Part shown: in pieces, positions 36,889 through 46,418 of the stretch | How positions within the stretch are numbered: the first letter of the stretch is position 1 | How the letters are laid out: each line of letters opens with the position of its first letter | Source: a virus | Length of the DNA stretch: 64,000 nt | Direction: 5' to 3' (one strand) | Virus record (IMG/VR): IMGVR_UViG_3300007734_000755 | Location: 32,001 to 96,000 of that record | The notes under the pieces: model-generated | Seen by the model: the letters and a program-made list of their open reading frames with translations, nothing else | Databases searched by the model: none | What the model was told of the DNA's origin: nothing | Position numbers and translations under genes: made by a program

Positions 36889-37440
36889 CTAACTGCCTTT
36901 CCCAACAACTCTGAAAATTGTATTATTGTTGTCTTGTGGCTCCCATATAGTCCATATAAAATCCATCGTCGGAGAGGATTTAGAATGTTTTTCTCCGCCA
37001 AACTGCGGTCTCCAGTTTAGCGCCAAGATCTTTGCGGGCGGATATTTTTCAAATATCTTAGTTCTTGATTTGGCGTGCCAAAAAGTAGACTTTGTTAACA
37101 TTGCGACATAAGAACAATTATCAAGAGACTTTATAATAAAGGCCTCGGCTAAGCTAAATGGAGGATTTGTTATAATCCCGTCGCACTTAAATTTTCTCGA
37201 TGATAAATCAACTGTTAAGAAGTCATCCCCAGTTTCAATGTCAGAACTCTTTACCTCATCAAAGTACGACGTAAGAACCTTCGCCATTGCGCCATCACCG
37301 CAGGCAGGCTCTAAAATAATAACAGATTTAGGCCAATCAATATTGTCCAATAGAACTTTCGTTACTTCTGCTGGAGTCGGATAGAAGTCCCTTTCGTTCC
37401 TCGTTCCGTTTCCGCCTATAATGTTTGAAGAGTCTATCAC
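36889..37440 (-). CDS. orphan DNA N6-adenine/N4-cytosine methyltransferase
   Basis: DFYPTP, LEPACGDG, ITNPPF. Confidence 0.85.
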   Translation of the reverse strand: MIDSSNIIGGNGTRNERDFYPTPAEVTKVLLDNIDWPKSVIILEPACGDGAMAKVLTSYFDEVKSSDIETGDDFLTVDLSSRKFKCDGIITNPPFSLAEAFIIKSLDNCSYVAMLTKSTFWHAKSRTKIFEKYPPAKILALNWRPQFGGEKHSKSSPTMDFIWTIWEPQDNNNTIFRVVGKGS

Positions 37441-39293
37441 TTTAATTCACAAGCTCCACCGCTACAGGCTATCTCTCCCTGTAGGTTTGTTTCATCATCT
37501 GTCTCAAAGACCATTGAGAGATCAACATTCTTTAATGTTTCCATTAGGGATTCAAATTCCTCCTTAGAACAATCAGTAAACGGCATTTGCCTATAATTTC
37601 CGCCATCGTGTGGAATGACACTAAGACCTGAATAATAATTTTTATTATTCCACATCCATTCTCCAACTTCGTCCCATCCGCTATCCTTGATAGCTATTGT
37701 TGCAGAGACGTTATGCGTGTTTTGTCCCTTTAGATGTCCTGGCTTTATCCAACTATTGTGAATTTTCTTAATTCTTTCTAGAAGATCTACCTCACTCTCT
37801 GTTCTAAGGATAGCGCCTTCTGGAGCTTTTTGCGGAACAGAAATAACAGCAGAATCGTGTGGTCTAAAATATTCATCCTCAACTAGTTCTGGGTGGTTGT
37901 CGGACAGGTATCTATAAATGGCCTCGCCCTTACCAACACGAAGTCTGCGAATATAAAAATCGTTGTGCCAGGCATGAACACCGCTGGAGGTTCCCAGGAT
38001 TAGGCTTGTAGTTCCAGACGGCTTAACAGTAGTTACTCTTGCTGCCTGATTAATTCCTATCAGAGCAGCAACTCTCTTGTTCTCTTCTATAGCTATCAGG
38101 GCTGCCTGCCCCATGTCCAACTCTGTTACCTTGTTAGACGCTATTCCGGTCATCCCAATGCCCAACAGAGCCTCTTTCTCGGTTGTACGACGCCACACAT
38201 CTCTTAGATAGTGAAAGTCGGTATATGAGGCTTGTAGTGTGCCTATGAACGATGCAGCTTTTACTCTAGCATTGAAGTCCTCTTGAGATTCAAGATCACT
38301 AACGTTTGTCTCGACAAGATTACAGAATTGGTTACTTCTTAGTGCAATTTCGGCACACGGGTTTGTTCCCCATTCCTTATCGTTTGTAAAGAAGATTCCT
38401 GGCTCGCCAGCTCCGGAGGCTCTTATTCTATCCCAAATTCCAAGAAAATAATCCTTGGTGATACGGTGTCTAAGAATCACTGCCGAATTGTTTGCTCTTC
38501 CTCGGTGAGGGTGGGTTTCCGACCAGTTCCCAGACTTGGCAGCGATCATTTCATCATCATCTGCGCTAAACAAACAGATAAGAGCAGAGCGCCTAATTCC
38601 GCCTGCAAGTACGGCATCCGCAATGTAGCAAATAATATCATGTACCTCAATTGGTTGAAGTTTGTCTCCCTCTTCCTTTCCATTTAAAACTCCCTCTATT
38701 TTTAATAGACATTCCTTTAGTGGTTGTGGGCCGGGAGCCTTACCTCCGGCGGTTATAAGTCTCGAACCCTTTGCTCTAATATCTCTGAAGTCAAACGTAA
38801 GACTTGATCCGCCCTCAAAGTACGATTTCATTAACGATTTGACCGCATCGGCCCATCCCTCAATGCTATCTCCAACAAGATATCTTCTCTTCCTCTTACC
38901 GTTTGGTTTCTTTATTTCTGGAAGTTTCTCAACGTGATGTTTTTGGACCGAATATCCTACGCCTGTTCCGCCCAATAGGAGGAACATGATTTCGTTGAAT
39001 GCCCGATAATCATCCACCGCCGTGAATGCACAATTAAAGATTCTTGATGGACATACGTCGATCGCCTTCCCGGCAAACTGCATTGATCTCATAGATGGCA
39101 AGACCTTTCTTTGAAGGACAAACTGATACGCCTCTTTGATTTGTTCTGAAAGTTCTGGAAACTTGCGTATATGCATTTGCATATTTCTATCTACTGTTTC
39201 CTCGTATGTCTCTCTTCTAAGCTCTTCTCTAAGATAGCGAGCATACTTCATATGATGCGTAATGTCGCTCAAAATTTTCTGTGAAATATCCAT
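37437..39293 (-). CDS. nrdJ: class II (B12-dependent) ribonucleotide reductase
   Basis: PSMR, FNC, GGIRRSA, TNPCAEI, VKPSGT, C-terminal ACSGGAC. Confidence 0.93.
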   Translation of the reverse strand: MDISQKILSDITHHMKYARYLREELRRETYEETVDRNMQMHIRKFPELSEQIKEAYQFVLQRKVLPSMRSMQFAGKAIDVCPSRIFNCAFTAVDDYRAFNEIMFLLLGGTGVGYSVQKHHVEKLPEIKKPNGKRKRRYLVGDSIEGWADAVKSLMKSYFEGGSSLTFDFRDIRAKGSRLITAGGKAPGPQPLKECLLKIEGVLNGKEEGDKLQPIEVHDIICYIADAVLAGGIRRSALICLFSADDDEMIAAKSGNWSETHPHRGRANNSAVILRHRITKDYFLGIWDRIRASGAGEPGIFFTNDKEWGTNPCAEIALRSNQFCNLVETNVSDLESQEDFNARVKAASFIGTLQASYTDFHYLRDVWRRTTEKEALLGIGMTGIASNKVTELDMGQAALIAIEENKRVAALIGINQAARVTTVKPSGTTSLILGTSSGVHAWHNDFYIRRLRVGKGEAIYRYLSDNHPELVEDEYFRPHDSAVISVPQKAPEGAILRTESEVDLLERIKKIHNSWIKPGHLKGQNTHNVSATIAIKDSGWDEVGEWMWNNKNYYSGLSVIPHDGGNYRQMPFTDCSKEEFESLMETLKNVDLSMVFETDDETNLQGEIACSGGACELK

Positions 39294-39321
39294 TAAAACC
39301 CCTGTTGTATGGTGTTCGTGT

Positions 39322-39351
39322 AGTATAGCGCGGGATGTGTTAGGTTGTCAA
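39322..39351 (-). promoter_or_regulatory. sigma70-like promoter
   Basis: TTGACA-N18-TATACT. Confidence 0.65.
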
Positions 39352-39360
39352 CTAGGACAG

Positions 39361-39933
39361 TTATATTTTCTGTAGGAGAGATTTCAGAGACTTAAGAAGC
39401 GTCTCCTCAATTTTCTCTCTTGGGGCAAAACTGCCCTTGGGCCTTGGAAGACGAGTTGGCGCGTCCTTAATGGTAGAATCTAAACTATTATCTAGGGAAC
39501 CAGAGGGGACAACCTCTCTTTCTGGCTTCGTGGCGGCACTTAGCTTGTTCTCGGAATCAACCGTCTTTGCAAAGGCATCTCTTCTGGCATTTGCCTTGGC
39601 GACAACTTTTGTAAAGATAGGAAGATTTCCCATTACTTCTTCCTTGGTGCAATTCTTCTTTGTAACCTTGCTTATAGCAGCAAGAGTCTTTGGACCAAGA
39701 TATCCGTCCGGCTTATTCTTAGTACCGTTTTCTCCGGTAACATTATATCCCATTTTGATTAGGTCAGATTGTAGTTGTCCAATCGGGCTATTCTCAATTC
39801 GGCTTGAATAGTGTTCTGCTCCCTTTGAAGCAAGTTGTCCTGCGCCGGGTCCAAGTTTCCTACCGGCGTCCTGTTCACTTAGGACCTTCTTGATCTCTTC
39901 CATAATAATCTTTCTTAAGAAACTTTGTTGCAT
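39361..39933 (-). CDS. peptidoglycan-binding domain protein with N-terminal leader
   Basis: QLQSDLIKMGY...DGYLGPKTLAAI; leader LRKIIMEEIKKVLSE; ACTATTTA at 39956. Confidence 0.75.
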   Translation of the reverse strand: MQQSFLRKIIMEEIKKVLSEQDAGRKLGPGAGQLASKGAEHYSSRIENSPIGQLQSDLIKMGYNVTGENGTKNKPDGYLGPKTLAAISKVTKKNCTKEEVMGNLPIFTKVVAKANARRDAFAKTVDSENKLSAATKPEREVVPSGSLDNSLDSTIKDAPTRLPRPKGSFAPREKIEETLLKSLKSLLQKI

Positions 39934-39969
39934 ATAGAATATCTCCTGTGTTTTATAAATAGTTTGATT

Positions 39970-41331
39970 TTATTTTGCAGTCCGATATTTATCAAAGATT
40001 TCCTGTTTCTTGTTTTTTGTTTTCTTAAATTTCATGGGTTCTTGTTCTGGTTCATTTGGTTCGTCTAGCACCTCAATCTTAACCACGGAAGTATCCATAA
40101 AAATTGGCATAACAATACCATCTGGGCCATTTCGATTCTTAGCAATAAAGAATCTGCCAGAATTGGTCTTTTTATCATCCATAGTTCTTGATAATGAGAA
40201 GATAAAGTCAGCCACGAAGCATTTGTTAAATGCCTCAGAAATAGATTCCATTGTAACGATCTCTGCGTTTAATCCCGATCTGTTTGTTTGAGAGGCTGTT
40301 ATAATTGGACAAGTAAACTCCTGAGCCATTGCTCTCAATTCTTCATAGATTGATTCCAACTCAGTTCTCTTCTCCTTATACACAACTGTCGGCTTTAACA
40401 GATCTCCATAATCCACAATAATTAAATCTACCTTCTGTCCCATCGACATAACCCTCTTAGCATGATTCTTAATTGTTGTCGTTGAGGCTGATTTTGTTGG
40501 ATATTCCTTAATAATAAGCTTACCCTTAAGATCTTTAATGCCCTCCAGAACAGCATCCTTCTCATTCATTAATTCAGACAGCGGAACTCCGGTTAAACAG
40601 GCATCGTATCTTCCGGCTATGATCGTATCGGACAATTCAAGAGTATAATGAAGTACGTGTAGGCCCGCCTTTAGTGCCTGAGCTCCTAGATGTACTAGGA
40701 GATGAGTCTTTCCAGCCCCAGTTGGAGCTACTGCCACCGTTAATTCCCCTCTTCCAAAGCCGCCCTTTGTAATAGCGTCAATTTGCGGCCATCCGGTAGA
40801 GACTGGATTTCTGTCCTTAGCTAGGAACCTTTTTTCGAAATCTAGTTTGTAATCATAACCAAAGTTGTTGTCTGTCCCTAACTTAAGGGCGTTTGTTACG
40901 ATAACACCAATCTCATCTAGAGAGGTAGACTTCCCCATAAGAGCGGCACTCTTAACAAGAGCTTCCTTGATTTTCTGACGGCGACAAAAATCTAGAGAAG
41001 TATCCTTAATATACTCCTCGTCCTCTATTTCTGGTGATGCCGTTATCCTGGCGAAGTAATCCCTTATTTGTTTATTAAGGGCATCATTGTCATCTTCTAG
41101 TTCTGTACGAAGGATTGTCGTCATTGTTGAATTCGATGGGTACATATCATACTTGTCTCTGTACTCAAACAACTTCTTACAAAAGAACTGAAGGTATTTC
41201 AACTCAAAGAAATTAAGATCTAAAACTTCTCTTAGTTGGTCTGCAAACTGCCTATCCTGAAATATTAACTGCGTTAATCGTTCCTGGAACGATTTCCCAA
41301 ATTTAGAAAAATCTATTTGGTTATTACTCAT
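39970..41331 (-). CDS. replicative SF4 helicase (T4 gp41/DnaB-like)
   Basis: APTGAGKT, YTLE, IIVDYGD, ASQTNR, KNRNG. Confidence 0.93.
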   Translation of the reverse strand: MSNNQIDFSKFGKSFQERLTQLIFQDRQFADQLREVLDLNFFELKYLQFFCKKLFEYRDKYDMYPSNSTMTTILRTELEDDNDALNKQIRDYFARITASPEIEDEEYIKDTSLDFCRRQKIKEALVKSAALMGKSTSLDEIGVIVTNALKLGTDNNFGYDYKLDFEKRFLAKDRNPVSTGWPQIDAITKGGFGRGELTVAVAPTGAGKTHLLVHLGAQALKAGLHVLHYTLELSDTIIAGRYDACLTGVPLSELMNEKDAVLEGIKDLKGKLIIKEYPTKSASTTTIKNHAKRVMSMGQKVDLIIVDYGDLLKPTVVYKEKRTELESIYEELRAMAQEFTCPIITASQTNRSGLNAEIVTMESISEAFNKCFVADFIFSLSRTMDDKKTNSGRFFIAKNRNGPDGIVMPIFMDTSVVKIEVLDEPNEPEQEPMKFKKTKNKKQEIFDKYRTAK

Positions 41332-41339
41332 TTGTTTCC

Positions 41340-42305
41340 TTATTTATTGTGTAGTGAGACCTTATTAAGTCTGGCGAATAATTCAACCCAAGAATAATTA
41401 CCTGTTCCATCTTCCATCATAAACTTGCGAATATTTGTCTTGTTGAACGACGATGGATAGTTGTCGATTATATCTCTTGTCTTTATTGTTGTATCAATAG
41501 ATACAGATGGAGAATACAGTTGCATCATTTCATAGTTTTCTCTGATAAGAGATTCTGATTTTAAAATTGAGCTATGCAGTTGCAGAGGCTTGGCCACATT
41601 CTTGCACGCATCGAAGATTTCGGTCAACATCACAGATTTTTCTTCTCGAAGGCTCGGGAATCTCTTTGCCATAGTCTTGATTCCGACCCCCTCTGCTCCT
41701 GGCAAATTATCGGAAGCATCACCAACAAACGCCCTTGCAAGAGCAAAGTTGTTGGGGTGGATATCAAACTCTCCCACAACCTTATCAACGTCATAGATCT
41801 CTTCCTTGCAGGGCCTATATAAAAACGTTGTCGAATTTAGAAGTTGTAGGAAGTCCTTGTCGTTAGATACGATGACCTTATTATCACTTGGAAGCTCTCT
41901 ACAGAGAATAGAAATAATATCGTCTGCCTCAACAAAATCTAGATAAATTTGTGCTATTGGCATTTCATTTAAATATTCCATCACTCTAGAGTTCTGCCAA
42001 TACTTGTTTTTTCTTTCGTCATCTTCACTTAATTCCCCAAAGGTTCGATTCAGCCGAACAGGCTTTCTACCCTCCTTATAATTACTGTTTATGGCTCTTC
42101 TTCGTATAGAAGATTTATGTCCATCCCAACAAAAGAAAATCTTATCGGGTTCTATTTCTCGAACCATTTTTTGTAGAATCTTAAACGTTCCCTTTATTCC
42201 TCCAACAGGATCTCCATTGGGGCCAAGAGATGGATCCATAAGATATGCTCTAAAGAATAGATTAAGCCCATCAATTATTAAAATTTTATCGGGTGTTTTA
42301 CTCAT
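41340..42305 (-). CDS. 5'-3' exonuclease / flap endonuclease (T4 RNase H-like)
   Basis: IDGLN, YKEGR, EADD, SNDKDFLQL, GDASDNLPG. Confidence 0.93.
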   Translation of the reverse strand: MSKTPDKILIIDGLNLFFRAYLMDPSLGPNGDPVGGIKGTFKILQKMVREIEPDKIFFCWDGHKSSIRRRAINSNYKEGRKPVRLNRTFGELSEDDERKNKYWQNSRVMEYLNEMPIAQIYLDFVEADDIISILCRELPSDNKVIVSNDKDFLQLLNSTTFLYRPCKEEIYDVDKVVGEFDIHPNNFALARAFVGDASDNLPGAEGVGIKTMAKRFPSLREEKSVMLTEIFDACKNVAKPLQLHSSILKSESLIRENYEMMQLYSPSVSIDTTIKTRDIIDNYPSSFNKTNIRKFMMEDGTGNYSWVELFARLNKVSLHNK

Positions 42306-43437
42306 CTATATCACAATCCTCTTCTGAATCATCAATGTCGTAAAAACTCTTAGCACTTCCTTCCTTAGAATCAAACTTGTGGATCACTTCCTTATCCATA
42401 ACTCTGAGGACCTGAGATCTAAAATCATCATCCTTTAGCTTCTCGATCCAATCCTTAAATTGAAATTTGACTTCCTTTCCATCATCAAATATCAGAGTAT
42501 ACCAGGCCCCACCCTGCTTCAACTTGTCAGAGTTCTTTATAGCCTCAAACCAACTTTCCTCATCCTGAATAGCAATATCCTCTCCACCCCACAAAATCTT
42601 AAAGGTACACTCTCTTCCCTGAGTGCCAAATCTAGATTTTTCGATCTTCGCCTTAAGCTCATTACCAACTCTAAACCCAGCATCGTTTAATATAAAACTA
42701 GCCTTACCCTTTCTGGCCGTAAGCCAGATTCGCAATGAGTACGCATAAGCCAGTGCTTTCCCACCAGGAGTAAAGTATGGCGTCATCATAGCTTCCTGCG
42801 GAGTTCTTGCAATATTGGTCTTCAATTGATTTAGGCAGAGCAGAGTGCTCCCGGAGTTTGCAAGGGGCTGTATGAGCTTGGAGAAGGCCTTAGAAAGGAT
42901 TCTGGGCTTCACTGCCATAGATGACTGCGGATTGAAGTCTCCCTCAACGTCCGTTTCTGTTGGAGTAAACGCAATAGAATCCCATACAAACAACAGCTTA
43001 TTTTGGTTTGCCGCCAATAGGGTCTCAATTGTTTCTAAGACAAATTCTACCGACCGTGCCTGTACATACAACAGATTAGAAATGTCTACTCCGGCACTTG
43101 TCATGAAGTCTGACGAGATGGCGGATTCAGAATCGAAATAGATAACATCTATTCCCATCTTCTGCGCGTTGGCCGCAACCTGTGCTGCCATATAGGACTT
43201 ACCGGCAGATTCCAATCCTGCTAACTCCACAATCTTACCAGTTGGTATTCCGGCGACCATTCCCTTGCATATGATGGAATCTAGCCATCTTGAGCCGGTT
43301 GGAATCCAATCATGGACATCTGTGGGATTGAGTTCACCCAAATCAAATGCAACAATTGATCCATCTTTCTTGTTAATCATGTCCCTCATTTGAGACATGG
43401 GGATTCTTCCCTTAACTTCCTCTTTCTTCTTCTTCAT
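42298..43437 (-). CDS. recA: RecA/UvsX recombinase
   Basis: IPTGS..LD, GLESAGKS, FDSE, VWDS, LNQL, TPGGKAL, KSR. Confidence 0.92.
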   Translation of the reverse strand: MKKKKEEVKGRIPMSQMRDMINKKDGSIVAFDLGELNPTDVHDWIPTGSRWLDSIICKGMVAGIPTGKIVELAGLESAGKSYMAAQVAANAQKMGIDVIYFDSESAISSDFMTSAGVDISNLLYVQARSVEFVLETIETLLAANQNKLLFVWDSIAFTPTETDVEGDFNPQSSMAVKPRILSKAFSKLIQPLANSGSTLLCLNQLKTNIARTPQEAMMTPYFTPGGKALAYAYSLRIWLTARKGKASFILNDAGFRVGNELKAKIEKSRFGTQGRECTFKILWGGEDIAIQDEESWFEAIKNSDKLKQGGAWYTLIFDDGKEVKFQFKDWIEKLKDDDFRSQVLRVMDKEVIHKFDSKEGSAKSFYDIDDSEEDCDIDE

Positions 43438-43456
43438 TTTTTAACTCCTAATAGGT

Positions 43457-43492
43457 TAAGAGGGAGAATGAAATTATCCATTCTCCCTCTTA
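43457..43492. other. 14-bp hairpin just upstream of recA RBS
   Basis: TAAGAGGGAGAATG-N8-CATTCTCCCTCTTA. Confidence 0.7.
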
Positions 43493-43590
43493 TGCACACG
43501 GCAGGCGCGACCTGGTGTGGAAGGGTGGCAACGGGACGGTGCGCGCCGTTGAGAGATTTTGATCCGAAACACACCCTAACTGGTCAAGTC

Positions 43591-44343
43591 TTAGACTCCA
43601 AGAGACTTGAGAGCAGAATCAAGTTCTTCTGCTTCACCGGGGACAGCCGTAGAAACATCACCCCCTTCTTCACTGCCGCCGTTTAAGAATTTATCCAAGG
43701 CTTCGGCAACCTGCCCAGTTGTTTTACGCTCGAAGATCGCATTGAAATCTAGACCGTGGCTGAGGAAATCTTCGATTTCCTTCTTGGTTTGCGCCAACGG
43801 TGTTGACTTGCGCTTTGGCGTCATAACCGCCTCTGCGAACTTCTTTCCACCCTTCTTTGTGGATTGGACGGTTAGATCCAGTCCCTCGGTAACATCAGTG
43901 ATATCGCCGTAATCGGGATTAAGCATTAGCTTAAGTAACTCTTCGTAGATTGTCTTAGAGAACCCCCAAACCATAACGCCCTTGTCCTCTTCTCCTCTAG
44001 CGATGACCGGAGCAAAGAACCGTTGTTTCGATCCAATCTCCTTGGCCATTGTGCGACTTTCCTCATCGCCCTCTTTATAGAGCTTAGAGACTAGATCACA
44101 GATCGGGCAGGATTCACTTAGGTTTCTCTTGAGACAGAAGATACTCGTAACCTTCTTTGAGTCCTCGCGTAGGTAATGGAAGAAGAATTCCTTGAGTGGA
44201 TCTCCATCCTCGGTGGGCACAATACGAATTGTGGTGTCCACGTTTTCTAGAGGCTTCCAATAGGTTACGGTCTTACCCTTTCCGCCGGTTCTATCATTCA
44301 GCTTAGCCAATTTTTCTTTAATTTTTTTAATATCGAACGCCAT
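43591..44343 (-). CDS. T4 gp32-like single-stranded DNA-binding protein
   Basis: YWKP, IRIVP, C...CPIC, DYGDITDVTEGLDL, acidic tail. Confidence 0.85.
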   Translation of the reverse strand: MAFDIKKIKEKLAKLNDRTGGKGKTVTYWKPLENVDTTIRIVPTEDGDPLKEFFFHYLREDSKKVTSIFCLKRNLSESCPICDLVSKLYKEGDEESRTMAKEIGSKQRFFAPVIARGEEDKGVMVWGFSKTIYEELLKLMLNPDYGDITDVTEGLDLTVQSTKKGGKKFAEAVMTPKRKSTPLAQTKKEIEDFLSHGLDFNAIFERKTTGQVAEALDKFLNGGSEEGGDVSTAVPGEAEELDSALKSLGV

Positions 44344-44359
44344 TTTTATTCACTCCTGT

Positions 44360-45184
44360 TTATTGTTGTATTATGTTGGTATTAGCAACGAGGTAGACAA
44401 AATTTGTATCATAGTTTGTAGTTGTTATCTTGTAAGAGATATCAATTTCCGTACCGGAATAGGCCTCTTTCGTCTGCTGTTGGATCAGTTTAGTCAAGTT
44501 TTTGTTCTGTGTCAAGTCCTCTTTTCCGATGGCATAAAGAAAAACTTTCTGCATTGGTTGAGACAACTTGTATAAATAAGCCTCTTGTCCATCCTCGATA
44601 TTATATATCCCAACAGTAGAGATTCTGTCTATCTCTCTTGTTGAAGACATCTTACCAAAGACTTCCTTTCCTGTCAATAAGTAGTTTATCATATGAAAAG
44701 TGGTTACAATTGTCTGGTTTATGCTCTCATAATACTCTGTAATCGATAAACCACCAAGAAGATTTTCTACTTGTGAGTTAGAAATTATCACAATTCTGTT
44801 TATGAGAGAGCTTCTAGCATACTCCTGAAGAATGCCAAATACTACCTTATCCCTGATTTTCTTCTCGTTGGAAATAAGGGCCGAATCTGGTCTTATATAA
44901 AGAAGGTCTACCTTTAGATGTTTAATCTTCTCTAAGATTCTCAATGTTATACCCGATATCTCTCCACCACCCGCTAAAATTACGGTGGCGTCTCCCTTCA
45001 ATTTCCCCAGTAGCTTTATTTCCGGAATGTTATCTTCGTATTCTTCTATAGAGTTCTTTTTGGGGATAGAAAAGCAATTTTTGCCCTTTATTCCGACATC
45101 TATTTTGTATATTTTATATTCTGGATATTGTGAGAATAAGTCAGCAATACAACATCCACCATTTCCAATCCCAATTATGTTCAT
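44360..45184 (-). CDS. divergent tubulin/FtsZ-family protein
   Basis: IIGIGNGGCCIAD, AGGGEISG (degenerate signature), ISN, YYESIN. Confidence 0.7.
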   Translation of the reverse strand: MNIIGIGNGGCCIADLFSQYPEYKIYKIDVGIKGKNCFSIPKKNSIEEYEDNIPEIKLLGKLKGDATVILAGGGEISGITLRILEKIKHLKVDLLYIRPDSALISNEKKIRDKVVFGILQEYARSSLINRIVIISNSQVENLLGGLSITEYYESINQTIVTTFHMINYLLTGKEVFGKMSSTREIDRISTVGIYNIEDGQEAYLYKLSQPMQKVFLYAIGKEDLTQNKNLTKLIQQQTKEAYSGTEIDISYKITTTNYDTNFVYLVANTNIIQQ

Positions 45185-46383
45185 AGTGTCCTCATATCTC
45201 CAAATCCCTTTCCAACTTTCCTGGTTATTAGAAATTTACCAAAACAGGTATTAGAGAACGTTTCACAGATCTCCTTTGCCATGTCTTTTTCCGTTACATC
45301 CATATCAACCACAATAGAATCGTGAATTAGAAACTTTACAAAAGATTTTTTGTTATGAAGTAACTTATCAACTAGAATTGCTTGTCTTAGAAAGACATCG
45401 GAGGCGGTACTTTGAACAATATAGTTAAGAGAATGCTCCGCATCTGCCATTATTTCACGTTGAAAGAAATTTTTAACTATATTTCCGTCATAATATTTGT
45501 TCTTTATAGAATTCTTATCATAAACGCTGCAAGATATTTTTTCTTGTGAAGCAGTCAACTTATGGGTGCCACGCTCATCATACATCCACGCCAAGAACTT
45601 CTTCTTTGCCTCGTCTCTTGGTATCTCCTCGCAGAAAATGTTTATTCTATTCCATTCGTGGACATCTATTTCTGGTTGTTTTTTCCCGTTTAGAGCTAGC
45701 ATAACTCTAGGTTCGAAGGCATTGAAGTCCAGCTCCAGCAAGAAACTATTTGTTGATTCTATAGCTGGTCGCATAGCCTTCGACAGAGTCAAGATAGGGA
45801 AGCTATCGGGCTCAGTTGTAAGACGACCGGTAATTGCTCCGAACAAATTGTATTTGGTTGCTTTTTCTGTCTTTCCCAGGCTTTTCCCCAATTGTATCAG
45901 GGAACTTACGCTTGCAACCTCTTTTAAGTGTTGTGGGGAAAACTTTACTTTTTTATCCGAAAGATTAATTAACATTCTGTTCAAATCATAAAGAAAATCA
46001 TAGTTTTTTGGTCTCTCTTTTGTTAGAAAGATTTCTTGAATCAGCTCATTTCTTATAGAGAAGAATTCCTTGATGAAGGAAATCGGGACAAGATCATAGA
46101 AACAATATTCATCCAAGGAGACTTGAGCTGTTACGAATGACTTAAGATAGGACCTTAATTTACTCTTGCTAATAAGATATCGCTCTCTCATAGAGTGAGA
46201 GCAGGCGTCTTCTATATTCTTTGTCCCGGCGTACAAACAAGCTAGTTCATATTTTTTATCGCCCATCATTGGAGAATAATCCCAAGTATGAGATCCGCTC
46301 TCTAATGAAGAGAACTTTATGATTTCTCCGTCTACGAAACAGGAATCACATTTTTTCTTAGAGTCTATGAGTTCAAAAATCAT
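45181..46383 (-). CDS. minimal family A DNA polymerase
   Basis: TGRLT, motif A LDFNAFEPR, motif B RDEAK...Y, NYIVQSTASD, motif C IHDS. Confidence 0.85.
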   Translation of the reverse strand: MIFELIDSKKKCDSCFVDGEIIKFSSLESGSHTWDYSPMMGDKKYELACLYAGTKNIEDACSHSMRERYLISKSKLRSYLKSFVTAQVSLDEYCFYDLVPISFIKEFFSIRNELIQEIFLTKERPKNYDFLYDLNRMLINLSDKKVKFSPQHLKEVASVSSLIQLGKSLGKTEKATKYNLFGAITGRLTTEPDSFPILTLSKAMRPAIESTNSFLLELDFNAFEPRVMLALNGKKQPEIDVHEWNRINIFCEEIPRDEAKKKFLAWMYDERGTHKLTASQEKISCSVYDKNSIKNKYYDGNIVKNFFQREIMADAEHSLNYIVQSTASDVFLRQAILVDKLLHNKKSFVKFLIHDSIVVDMDVTEKDMAKEICETFSNTCFGKFLITRKVGKGFGDMRTL

Positions 46384-46389
46384 AGACGT

Positions 46390-46418
46390 ATCTTACCAAC
46401 TTGACTATTTGCTGTCAA
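46390..46418 (-). promoter_or_regulatory. sigma70-like promoter, probably leaderless transcript
   Basis: TTGACA-N17-TAAGAT, 6 nt, then ATG. Confidence 0.7.

Noticed and set aside
44360-45184. Nucleus-forming (chimallin/PhuZ) phage
   Set aside because: No chimallin or multisubunit RNAP recognised in the window; structural genes are T4-like and the tubulin is degenerate
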